Under the pieces are notes generated by a model. It saw only the letters and a program-made list of their open reading frames with translations, did not search any database and had not been told where the DNA came from. Positions 43,594 to 51,938 of a DNA stretch of 64,000 bases are shown one piece after another (the stretch's first letter is position 1; each line of letters starts with the position of its first letter). Location: contig JAAZBM010000014.1 of assembly GCA_012513815.1 (NCBI GenBank), positions 376,568 to 440,567 on the forward strand. Direction: 5' to 3'. The DNA is from Candidatus Sumerlaeota bacterium. GTDB lineage: Bacteria > Sumerlaeota > Sumerlaeia > Sumerlaeales > Sumerlaeaceae. The translations under genes were made by a program, and so were the position numbers.

Positions 43594-46281
43594 TTATTCA
43601 TCTTCATCATCTTCATCCTCGTCTTCATCATCCTCGGGTTCATTGCCGTCGTCCTCGGGTTCATCGTCACCGGTTTCGAATGTATCCTCGGAGTCGTCGT
43701 TAGGAGGCCAAATCAACCGTGGGGAGTCCGCACCTTCATCAATCGTCCACACTTTCTCAAAATCCCAGCCTTCAAAAGTCGACTGTCGCTTCATCTCGTC
43801 TGTCGTTCTTGCCTCCTCCGTTTGTTCTTTTAATCCGGCTGTATCACTGTTGTAATAGCCGACTAAAGGACCAACGCCCACACCGTTCCCCACCAGACCA
43901 CGATTACAATCGGCACCACTCACACGACCTGTCGCGTAACAATTATTAATATAGCCATTTTCATCATACCCCACCAGGCCGCCAATGCAACTGTCACCCG
44001 ACCATTTATTAGCACATTCCACATCACTGTCTCTTACGTAGCAATCCTCGATGCTGCCATCAGAATACCCAACCAGCCCACCGGCAATAGTAGTACATTC
44101 GACCTCGTTTACTTTTAGTTCACAATTATTAGTATAGCAACGTTCTATCCTCCCGGAAGAGTGACCGACAAGACCCCCGACATAAACATCACCACAATCA
44201 TCTTGGGATCTGCCACCACCAAGAACTTCACAATTCTCAAGACCAAGATTCTTAATGATGGATTTCTTTCCGGTATACCCAAATAATCCAACACCTAGAC
44301 GCTTTCCGCGATTGATGTGAAGTCCTTTAATAATCTTGCCGTTGCCGTCGAATACACCCGTGAAGCAATCTTCGCTCCAACCAAGTGGCTCAAAATCTTC
44401 ACGAGTCTCCGACGCGTCGATGTCATTCATCAAAACATAATGACCGGCAAGGTCATCTTTCACCGCCTGTAATTCGGCAAGTGTGCGAATCTCGTACATT
44501 TTACGGAAATACGCGACAGCACTCTTGTGACTATCCATCACCATCGTTGTACTAGCGGTGGTCGCGTCAGCAACATTTCTACCAAGCCAGCCGTCGAAAA
44601 CATAACCATCAGAAGGTGTCGCGATCAGCGAAACTGTTTCTCCATAAGAATACTTCGCGCCGGATGGCGTTACCGTACCACTGCCAATGGCAGAGACAAC
44701 CAACGAGCACTCGTCACCAAACTCACGGAGATACGGATACGACACACCCTCGACAATCTGCCAAGTCTTAGCGAAATCCCAGCCGTCAAAAGTCGACTGC
44801 TGATACATCTCCTCCGTCGTCTTCGCCTCACCCTTGCCCGTGTCACTTTGCCCCGTCGTCTGACTGTCGTAATAACAAGTCGTGATTGTGCCATTTTCCT
44901 GCAGCCCCACCAAGCCGCCAATAGACCTTCCGCCGCGCACGCTGCCCGTCGCGTAACAATTCGTGATTGTGCCATAAGATTCCCCCACCAGGCCGCCAAC
45001 AGTCCAACGGCCGCTCACACGACCCGTTGCGTAACAAGTCGTGATTGTGCCATAAGATTCTCCCAACAAGCCGCCGACATACTCCTTGCCACTCACACGG
45101 CCCGTCGCGTAACAATTCGTGATTGTGCCACCATTCCGTTGAAGCCCCACCAGGCCGCCGACATATTTCTTGCCGCTCACGCTATTGTCCTCGAGACCAA
45201 GGTCTTTGATAGTGGAATCTTCACCCGTTTTTCCAAACAGACCGATATAGTCTGCATTCCTGCGTTTGATAGTAAGCCCAATAATCTTTTTGCCGTTGCC
45301 ATCAAATACACCAGTGAACGGCTCGTCCTCCGTTCCAATCGGCTCAAAACCGGCGCCATCATTCCACGTCTTTGTCTCCGACGCGTCGATGTCATTCATC
45401 AAAACATAATGACCTGCAAGGTCATCCTTCACTGCCTGTAATTCGGCGAGTGTGCGAATCTCGTACATTTTACGGAAATGCGCAATAATTTTCTTGCTGC
45501 AGTCCATCACCATCGTTGTACTAGCGGCAGTCGCGTCAGCAACATTTCCACCACCCCAACCGTCGAAGAAATAACCATCAGAAGGTGTCGCAATCAGCGA
45601 AACAGTTTCTCCATAAGAATACTTCGCGCCGGATGACCTTACCGTACCACTGCCAATGGCAGAGACAACCAACGAACACTCCTCACCAAACTCACGGAGA
45701 TACGGATACGACATACCCTCGACAAGCTGCCAAGTCTTAGTGAAATCCCAGCCTTCAAAAGTTGCCTGTTGCTTTATCTCCTCCGTTGTCTTCGCCTCAC
45801 CCTTGCCCGTGTCACTTTGCCCCGTCGTCTGACTGTCGTAATAACAAGTCGTGATTGTACCCTGAGAATACCCCACCAGGCCGCCAACCATTTTATCGCC
45901 ACTCACACGGCCCGTCACGTAACAAGTCGTGATTGTGCCATCAGAACACCCCACCAAGCCGCCGACATACCAACTGCCTCTCACGCTGCCTCCCTCGAGA
46001 CCAAGGTCTTTGATTGTACAATCTTTACCCGTATAGCCAAACAGACCAACGTTGTTCGTCTTCGGGCGGTTGATGGTAAGCCCAATAATCTTTTTGCCAT
46101 TGCCATCGAAAACACCCGTGAACGGCGTGTCTCCAGTACCAATCGGCTCAAAACCGGCGCCATCATTCCACGTCTTTGTCTCCGACGCATCGATGTCATT
46201 CATCAAAACATAATGACCTGCAAGGTCATCCATAACTGCCTGTAATTCGGGGAGAGTGCGAATCTCATAAGTTCTTGCCAT
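43594..46281 (-). CDS. GLUG-repeat protein with InlB-B-like (bacterial repeat) domains; three tandem modules; acidic tail
   Basis: Three copies of YEIRTL.ELQAV.DDLAGHYVLMNDIDASET, many VGGLVG repeats, two YSYGETVSLIATPSDGY.FDGW domains; GGGAG RBS before ATG 46281. Confidence 0.88.
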   Translation of the reverse strand: MARTYEIRTLPELQAVMDDLAGHYVLMNDIDASETKTWNDGAGFEPIGTGDTPFTGVFDGNGKKIIGLTINRPKTNNVGLFGYTGKDCTIKDLGLEGGSVRGSWYVGGLVGCSDGTITTCYVTGRVSGDKMVGGLVGYSQGTITTCYYDSQTTGQSDTGKGEAKTTEEIKQQATFEGWDFTKTWQLVEGMSYPYLREFGEECSLVVSAIGSGTVRSSGAKYSYGETVSLIATPSDGYFFDGWGGGNVADATAASTTMVMDCSKKIIAHFRKMYEIRTLAELQAVKDDLAGHYVLMNDIDASETKTWNDGAGFEPIGTEDEPFTGVFDGNGKKIIGLTIKRRNADYIGLFGKTGEDSTIKDLGLEDNSVSGKKYVGGLVGLQRNGGTITNCYATGRVSGKEYVGGLLGESYGTITTCYATGRVSGRWTVGGLVGESYGTITNCYATGSVRGGRSIGGLVGLQENGTITTCYYDSQTTGQSDTGKGEAKTTEEMYQQSTFDGWDFAKTWQIVEGVSYPYLREFGDECSLVVSAIGSGTVTPSGAKYSYGETVSLIATPSDGYVFDGWLGRNVADATTASTTMVMDSHKSAVAYFRKMYEIRTLAELQAVKDDLAGHYVLMNDIDASETREDFEPLGWSEDCFTGVFDGNGKIIKGLHINRGKRLGVGLFGYTGKKSIIKNLGLENCEVLGGGRSQDDCGDVYVGGLVGHSSGRIERCYTNNCELKVNEVECTTIAGGLVGYSDGSIEDCYVRDSDVECANKWSGDSCIGGLVGYDENGYINNCYATGRVSGADCNRGLVGNGVGVGPLVGYYNSDTAGLKEQTEEARTTDEMKRQSTFEGWDFEKVWTIDEGADSPRLIWPPNDDSEDTFETGDDEPEDDGNEPEDDEDEDEDDEDE

Positions 46282-46319
46282 GGTAATTCTCCCTACCAAT
46301 ATTGATATTTCAGTTTCTA

Positions 46320-46439
46320 AACCTCAGGCCTTGACCAACCCGGCCAAAACCCCTTTACGACTCACTGATACTGTGCTCGCACGAGGCAACACCCCCGCCA
46401 TCACGATAAAACGAAAACCAAAACCAACTACTACTAAAG
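46320..46439 (-). repeat. Conserved intergenic element, copy 2 (with extension shared with copy 3)
   Basis: Direct sequence identity with copies 1 and 3. Confidence 0.9.
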
Positions 46440-46615
46440 CTTCTCACATAATTAATGAATGACAATAACTCATTACTAAATATCTTTTGCTTTTTCCGTC
46501 ATTCAATCAATTTGCGTCCCATTGGTCATGTTTTTAGTATTCGCTGATTCCCGCTCAAATAGTCAAAAACTCAACATATATCATCATTGGTGATGACGAA
46601 CAAGACATAACACTG

Positions 46616-47548
46616 TTACTCTTTGCGCCAAATAATCTTATTCAGTTGAGAATGGCTCAAGCCTTCATCAATCGTCCAAACCTTCTCAAAATCCAAGTCT
46701 TCAAAAGTCGACTGCTGATACATCTCCACGGTTGCCCCAGATATCCCAGAATCATTGCCATCTAACTTTGCGGTTTGCTTATCATAATAACTGTTTGCGA
46801 CAGTCCCACAACGTTGATTCCCAACTAGCCCACCAACACAACGACCTCCTCTCACACTACCGGACACATAGCAATTGACAATCGTATTCCCTTGACAGCT
46901 CTTGCCATTTTGGCTCCCCGCTAAGCCGCCAACAATCTTTTTGCCGCTCACGCTACCACTCACGTAACAATTCATAATTGTCCCACTTGTAGAACCCACC
47001 AGGCCGCCAATTATCAGACCATTACCAACGCTACCTGCCGCGTAACAACATATGATTGCACCACGAGCTATTCCGACTAGGCCGCCAACAAGAAAAATCC
47101 CACTCACGCTGCCACTCGCGTAACAATTCATAATTGTCCCACTTGCAGAACACGCCAAACCGCCGATAACCATTCGACCACTCACGCTGTTCGTCGCGTA
47201 ACAATTCGTTATCGTACCCAGTGCAGAACCCACCAGCCCGCCAACATAATACTTGCCGCTCACGCTGCCACCATCGAGACCAAGATTCTTGATTGTGGAT
47301 TTCTTCCCAATGCAGCCAAACAAACCGACATGGATGGTCTTCGGACGGTTGATAGTAAGCCCAATAATCTTTTTGCCATTGCCATCAAACACACCCTTAA
47401 ACGATCTAATCGGCTCGAAACCGGCGCCATCATTCCACGATGCCGTCTCCGATGCATCAATGTCATTCATCAAAACATAATGACCTGCAAGGTCATTCTT
47501 CACGGCCTGTAATTCGGCAAGTGTGCGAATTTTATAAGTTTTTACCAT
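46616..47548 (-). CDS. GLUG-repeat protein, single module paralogue
   Basis: Same N-terminus as the neighbouring gene and about seven GGL(V/A)G repeats. Confidence 0.88.
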   Translation of the reverse strand: MVKTYKIRTLAELQAVKNDLAGHYVLMNDIDASETASWNDGAGFEPIRSFKGVFDGNGKKIIGLTINRPKTIHVGLFGCIGKKSTIKNLGLDGGSVSGKYYVGGLVGSALGTITNCYATNSVSGRMVIGGLACSASGTIMNCYASGSVSGIFLVGGLVGIARGAIICCYAAGSVGNGLIIGGLVGSTSGTIMNCYVSGSVSGKKIVGGLAGSQNGKSCQGNTIVNCYVSGSVRGGRCVGGLVGNQRCGTVANSYYDKQTAKLDGNDSGISGATVEMYQQSTFEDLDFEKVWTIDEGLSHSQLNKIIWRKE

Positions 47549-47586
47549 AGTAATTCTCCCTATCAATATTGATATTTTAGTTTTTA

Positions 47587-47707
47587 AACCTCAGATCTTG
47601 ACCAACTAGGCCAAAACCCCTTTACTACTCACTGATACTATTCTCGCACGAAGCAACACCCCCTCCATCGCGATAAAACGAAAACCCAAACGCAACTACT
47701 ACTAAAG
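47587..47707 (-). repeat. Conserved intergenic element, copy 3
   Basis: Direct sequence identity with copies 1 and 2. Confidence 0.9.
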
Positions 47708-47919
47708 TTCACATACTTCAAGTTAATGTAAAGGATTATATAATCTATTATACATTTGATTAATTCGCTTAGTCGACACAGCGGCGTCCTTTAGGTCAAT
47801 AATGCAAAATAATGCATTTTTACACAAAATCCAACGAAATTATCTTATGCGACTTGATTGTCAGTTATGTTTTTTTCCGATGTAGGAAAGACAAAAATAA
47901 TAGATTTTGCGCTCTTGCG

Positions 47920-47949
47920 GGAGTGGCTCGGCGTTGGGGGAGCCACTCC
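47920..47949. repeat. GC-rich inverted repeat at the right island border
   Basis: GGAGTGGCTC / GAGCCACTCC perfect 10-bp arms just downstream of the amidase-like gene. Confidence 0.7.
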
Positions 47950-47964
47950 TTGCGCATTGGGGGC

Positions 47965-50900
47965 TTAGTATTGGCTGTAGGTGTCGACGGACGCGAAGCG
48001 AGTGTAGGTGCCTGTTGCGGTTGTCGTGTTGCCTGTGGTGATGGTGACGCTTTGCGAGGACGGCGCCGACCAACGTTTATCTGTCAATGACTTGTATGTG
48101 ATTGCGTAGTTGCCGACGGCTAGGTCGCTGACGGTCACGCCACTGTTGTTCCATGTGACGCCGTTGTCGATGCTCCACTGTGCACCATCGATCACGGCCT
48201 GGGCGGGCGTGATGGTGACGGACAGCGCTCCGGTTTGTGTGGCGGGCAGCAGGAAGTTCATGACGCGTGCCATGACGCTGTTGCGTTTGCTCTCGTCGAG
48301 GATGGTTTCGAATGGGAAGCCCATGTAGACGAGGCGCGATGTGGTGGGTGTGCCCCACTGGACGGCCGCGACGGCGCCTGTTGTGGCGCTGCCGCCGGTC
48401 AGACGGATGTCATCAAAGCGGACTGTGTTGCTTGCCGCGGTGCCTTTCTTGATCAGGAAGGAGTTGATGCGCACGGGTGATGTCAGGTTGCCGTCGCCGC
48501 TGCCCGCGAACTTGGTGAACGCGTCGCCGTACTTCCACGAGACTTGTTTCCAGCCCGTGAAGTTGAGTGTCATCGGCGTGTAGAGCAGTAGGTCGCCGTC
48601 GTTGTCTTGCAGCATCAGGGCAAATGTGCTGTCCGAATTGTCGCCATAGACCCAGTACGAGATGGTGTTGCCGGACGCGAACGCGTTGTAGTCGGCGCTG
48701 CCGCAATACTCGCGGATGGTGTTGCCGCTACCCCACGTGATGTCCAGTTTCATGGCCGCGGAGCCTTCGTGTTTTGTCACGGTATCAAAAGAGATGGTGG
48801 CGGCTTCGGCGTTGGACTGTCCCGAATAGCCCGGTGCTTTCCAGTTGCCTTGGGTATCGAGCGAATCGAGCTGCGTCCCTGTTCCCGCGCCGTATTCGAG
48901 GGCGGCGGTTGAGCCGTTGAGCGGTTTGATGACGTCGGCCCACTGCACCTGATACCCCGGGCGCACCCAGTCGCTGCCGTCATCAAACGCGATAGTGCTG
49001 TCGAGCCCCTCGAAGATGGAGCCGGCGACAGGTTTGACGCTGTACACGCCCGAGCTGTCTGCGACATAGTCTGTCTTGAGCGTGGCGTTCATGAAGTTGG
49101 CGTCGATGCCCTTCCCTTCAAGCTCCCATGACACCTCGGAACCGCTCAGAAAGAACGCCTTGCCTGTCGTGTTCAGGTAGTTTTTGATGGCCGTTCGGGC
49201 GTTCGCCGGGAGGGATGTGTCGTCCCAGCAGTCAAACGTGCAGACTTCGGCTTCGATACCGGACATCCAGATGACGGCGTCATAGCCACCAAGCAGCACC
49301 CATGTCCCCGTAATCGAATCTTTGTTGCACGAATCGACTTTGATTTTGCGATTGACAGAGGCACAATAGGCATCGATGCCTTTCATGTGCTCGAAAATGT
49401 AGTCGTAACTGTTCATGCGTTCGGGAATCTGGCGATATGTCGTCGCGCCGCCATAGGTGGTTTTGACGCGTGTGGACGGGTCAAGCTTGTTGAACCCCTG
49501 AACGATAAGCACCTTCTTCGCGGCGGCATCGTTTTCCGTGCGCACCGCCAGTGTGTCGCCGGGTTGGCTTTCGCCACCGGCATTCGTTGCGGTCACGCGG
49601 AAATAGTACGTCTTGCCCGGCGTCAGTCCCGTGACCAGATAGGTCGGCGCTCCGGAAGTCGGTGCCGTGATAGTCGCAAACGCATTGGGGAAGGCGCGGC
49701 CATGTTCGCTTTTCCAGATGTGGTAACCGGTGGCGGCGCTAGCGACAGTGCGGCCATTGATGGCTGTCGCGGGAGTGCCCCACGTCAGACGAACCGTCGT
49801 CGGGCTTTCCTGCAAAACGCACAGATTTGTGATAGGTTCGGGCGGATAGACTTTCGTCGTCTTTCCTTTGGCCGCCCAAAAGTCAATGATACCACGCACG
49901 ATACCACGCCCCATGGCTTGCTTGAAGCGCGGATGGTGGTACAACGCCATGTCGGATTCGTTATCGTGGAACAGCCATTCACCCAACAAATTGGGCATGT
50001 TCGCGTAGTAAGGATTGGCCTCCAAATAGCTGCCAGTCATCTTACTATGTTGCGGAATTGGCCCGGGCGAAACATTGAAAATGCCCTGCAAGTCCGCAAG
50101 AATCACCGAGTGAAGCGCATTCTGATAGCTCGTGTTGGACGCCTCGTCGCTGTATCCTGACGAGTCGTTGCGAATGGTCACAAAGCCACGTGCAGAACCG
50201 TTGAAAGCATTCGTGTGACTGGCAAGGTTGGTCGAATCCTGCGACGGAGCACCATAGATTGTGGCTTGGTCTTTCATCCAGCGGGCAAAGCGCGGACGCC
50301 CATACCAGCCGTCATTCTCGTCGCATTGTCTGTCAGTTTCGGCCAATGTTCCGGTGTTGTAGCCGATGCGGACACCGGCGCTGTCGGTCGAATCGTCAGG
50401 CATACCGGTGAACTGCAAATGGTAGCGGGCTTCTTCGAGATAGTTGGAGTAGCCGCTGATGCCGACCGTCCCACGCTTGATGAGTCCCATGCCGCCGCCC
50501 CAACGCACCGCATCAGCGGAAACATAGTACGAGGTGGAACCGGCCACATTGGTCAGTACGACTTTGGCTTTGTCGGGCGCGGCGCCCTGCTCGAAATAGA
50601 AACGCCCGAGCGGAATCCATGTGTTACGCCAACGACGTTGGTCGATGGTACAGTCTGTCACGCCACCGGCATGGTAGACCTTGTACTGAGCCTCGGGGTT
50701 GCGGTTGGTCCACGCAATGTGCGAAACATAAACGTTATACCAGCCCGTCGCGGGGATTTGCGCCGCCCATGTGGCGGTCGCGCTGGCAGACGAAGCGCAA
50801 GAGGTCAGTAATCCGGTGCCTAAGGTAAAGGGATTCGTGCCGGAAGCATAAGGGGCTGACCCATTCTTGTAGGCGCTGACACTGCTGGCTGTCCACGTAC

Positions 50901-51852
50901 CGGTTTTCGAGAATCCATAGCCATCCGAGCGGGTGGCATCGTCGTTGTCCACAATAACCATGTTGGGGTTGTAGTCCGATTCGCGCACCGTAAACACATC
51001 CGCGCCGGTATTCCAGATATAGGGCAACACATATTGGTTGATGAGGTCAGCGTTGCTGAAATCTTCGACATTTTCCAGAGTGTTGCCGCGCTGTATTGTC
51101 CACGTATTGGTGTTTCCACGCCATGTGTAGCCATGCCCCTGATTGAGATAGACAGCTTTTCCGCTCAGGGAGCCAGCCGGACGCGCACCGGTATTCAGCG
51201 AATTGAGCGGCGAGCGTTTGGACATATCCTGCTGTTTTTGCGCTTCGAGCACATCGGCCGGCAAATCGGCGCCATCCGGCGTCATGTCCGCAACAGACGC
51301 TGTGGTCGCGGCAGCATCCGCGGCCAGTACAAATTCGTCTAGTAAACAATAAGCGTCATCGCCACCATGACGGAATTTGAGCTGAAGCGAGCTGATGTCA
51401 TCCCACAAATTATGCAGCAAAACATCATTTACGATTGTCTGAAAACGAGCGCCATTCCCGTAAACCCATTGATTTGTGTCGACAGACGGCGCAATGGTGA
51501 ACAGCACTTCGAGGGCGTCCTTGCCCGCACCCGCCTGAGCTTTGTCAAACGCGACGGTCCCTGCCAGCCACTGTTCATTGGCACTCATCAGCGCCTCCAT
51601 CAGAACAGCGGCTTTTTGCCCGGGATCCTTCGCATTGTAATCCGTGGGAATGGGCAATGAAAGCATCACGTCGCCATCACTGCCACTCTGAATCACCACA
51701 AGCGAGGGTGTGGTCACACCGGTTTTCTCTCGGGGCAAGGGTTTACCATCAGGTGTCAGGCCAAGATCTGCCATTTTGTCGGGGGCTGCACCCGCCGCAA
51801 GACACAGGAGCATATACGCAAGTGTGCTACCGTAAAATAGTATCGCTTTCAT
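47965..51852 (-). CDS. Large secreted N-acetylmuramoyl-L-alanine amidase-like protein with Golvesin/Xly-like, FN3 and carbohydrate-binding-like domains
   Basis: Signal peptide; VYLNQGHG, LASHTNA, LGEWLFHDN amidase_3-like motifs; W..LGRFYF...VSADAVRWGGG; FN3 VTGLTPGKTYYFRVTATNAGGES. Confidence 0.75.
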   Translation of the reverse strand: MKAILFYGSTLAYMLLCLAAGAAPDKMADLGLTPDGKPLPREKTGVTTPSLVVIQSGSDGDVMLSLPIPTDYNAKDPGQKAAVLMEALMSANEQWLAGTVAFDKAQAGAGKDALEVLFTIAPSVDTNQWVYGNGARFQTIVNDVLLHNLWDDISSLQLKFRHGGDDAYCLLDEFVLAADAAATTASVADMTPDGADLPADVLEAQKQQDMSKRSPLNSLNTGARPAGSLSGKAVYLNQGHGYTWRGNTNTWTIQRGNTLENVEDFSNADLINQYVLPYIWNTGADVFTVRESDYNPNMVIVDNDDATRSDGYGFSKTGTWTASSVSAYKNGSAPYASGTNPFTLGTGLLTSCASSASATATWAAQIPATGWYNVYVSHIAWTNRNPEAQYKVYHAGGVTDCTIDQRRWRNTWIPLGRFYFEQGAAPDKAKVVLTNVAGSTSYYVSADAVRWGGGMGLIKRGTVGISGYSNYLEEARYHLQFTGMPDDSTDSAGVRIGYNTGTLAETDRQCDENDGWYGRPRFARWMKDQATIYGAPSQDSTNLASHTNAFNGSARGFVTIRNDSSGYSDEASNTSYQNALHSVILADLQGIFNVSPGPIPQHSKMTGSYLEANPYYANMPNLLGEWLFHDNESDMALYHHPRFKQAMGRGIVRGIIDFWAAKGKTTKVYPPEPITNLCVLQESPTTVRLTWGTPATAINGRTVASAATGYHIWKSEHGRAFPNAFATITAPTSGAPTYLVTGLTPGKTYYFRVTATNAGGESQPGDTLAVRTENDAAAKKVLIVQGFNKLDPSTRVKTTYGGATTYRQIPERMNSYDYIFEHMKGIDAYCASVNRKIKVDSCNKDSITGTWVLLGGYDAVIWMSGIEAEVCTFDCWDDTSLPANARTAIKNYLNTTGKAFFLSGSEVSWELEGKGIDANFMNATLKTDYVADSSGVYSVKPVAGSIFEGLDSTIAFDDGSDWVRPGYQVQWADVIKPLNGSTAALEYGAGTGTQLDSLDTQGNWKAPGYSGQSNAEAATISFDTVTKHEGSAAMKLDITWGSGNTIREYCGSADYNAFASGNTISYWVYGDNSDSTFALMLQDNDGDLLLYTPMTLNFTGWKQVSWKYGDAFTKFAGSGDGNLTSPVRINSFLIKKGTAASNTVRFDDIRLTGGSATTGAVAAVQWGTPTTSRLVYMGFPFETILDESKRNSVMARVMNFLLPATQTGALSVTITPAQAVIDGAQWSIDNGVTWNNSGVTVSDLAVGNYAITYKSLTDKRWSAPSSQSVTITTGNTTTATGTYTRFASVDTYSQY

Positions 51853-51938
51853 TGTTCATGTCTTAATATATTAATGTTATTATGATATATACCCACTGCT
51901 AAAGTCAAACTATATTCAGTAAGAGATCGACCTTGAGA

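Noticed and set aside
43464..43600. Classical integron attC (TAAC at the stop codon ... GTTAG)
   Set aside because: Only copy 1 has these ends, no clear L boxes or end-to-end palindrome, copies 2 and 3 lack the pattern, and there is no intI
44400..46281. Near-identical repeats in the GLUG gene as diversity-generating retroelement TR/VR pairs
   Set aside because: Mismatches involve all bases rather than adenines only, all copies are in-frame coding modules, and no reverse transcriptase is present in the window
46385..46400. Sigma-54 promoter (GG-N10-GC) in the repeated element
   Set aside because: Spacing fits copies 2 and 3 but not copy 1, and the TGGCAC core is poorly matched
43468..47707. 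CRISPR array
   Set aside because: Repeats are about 80 nt, separated by whole genes, and no cas genes are present
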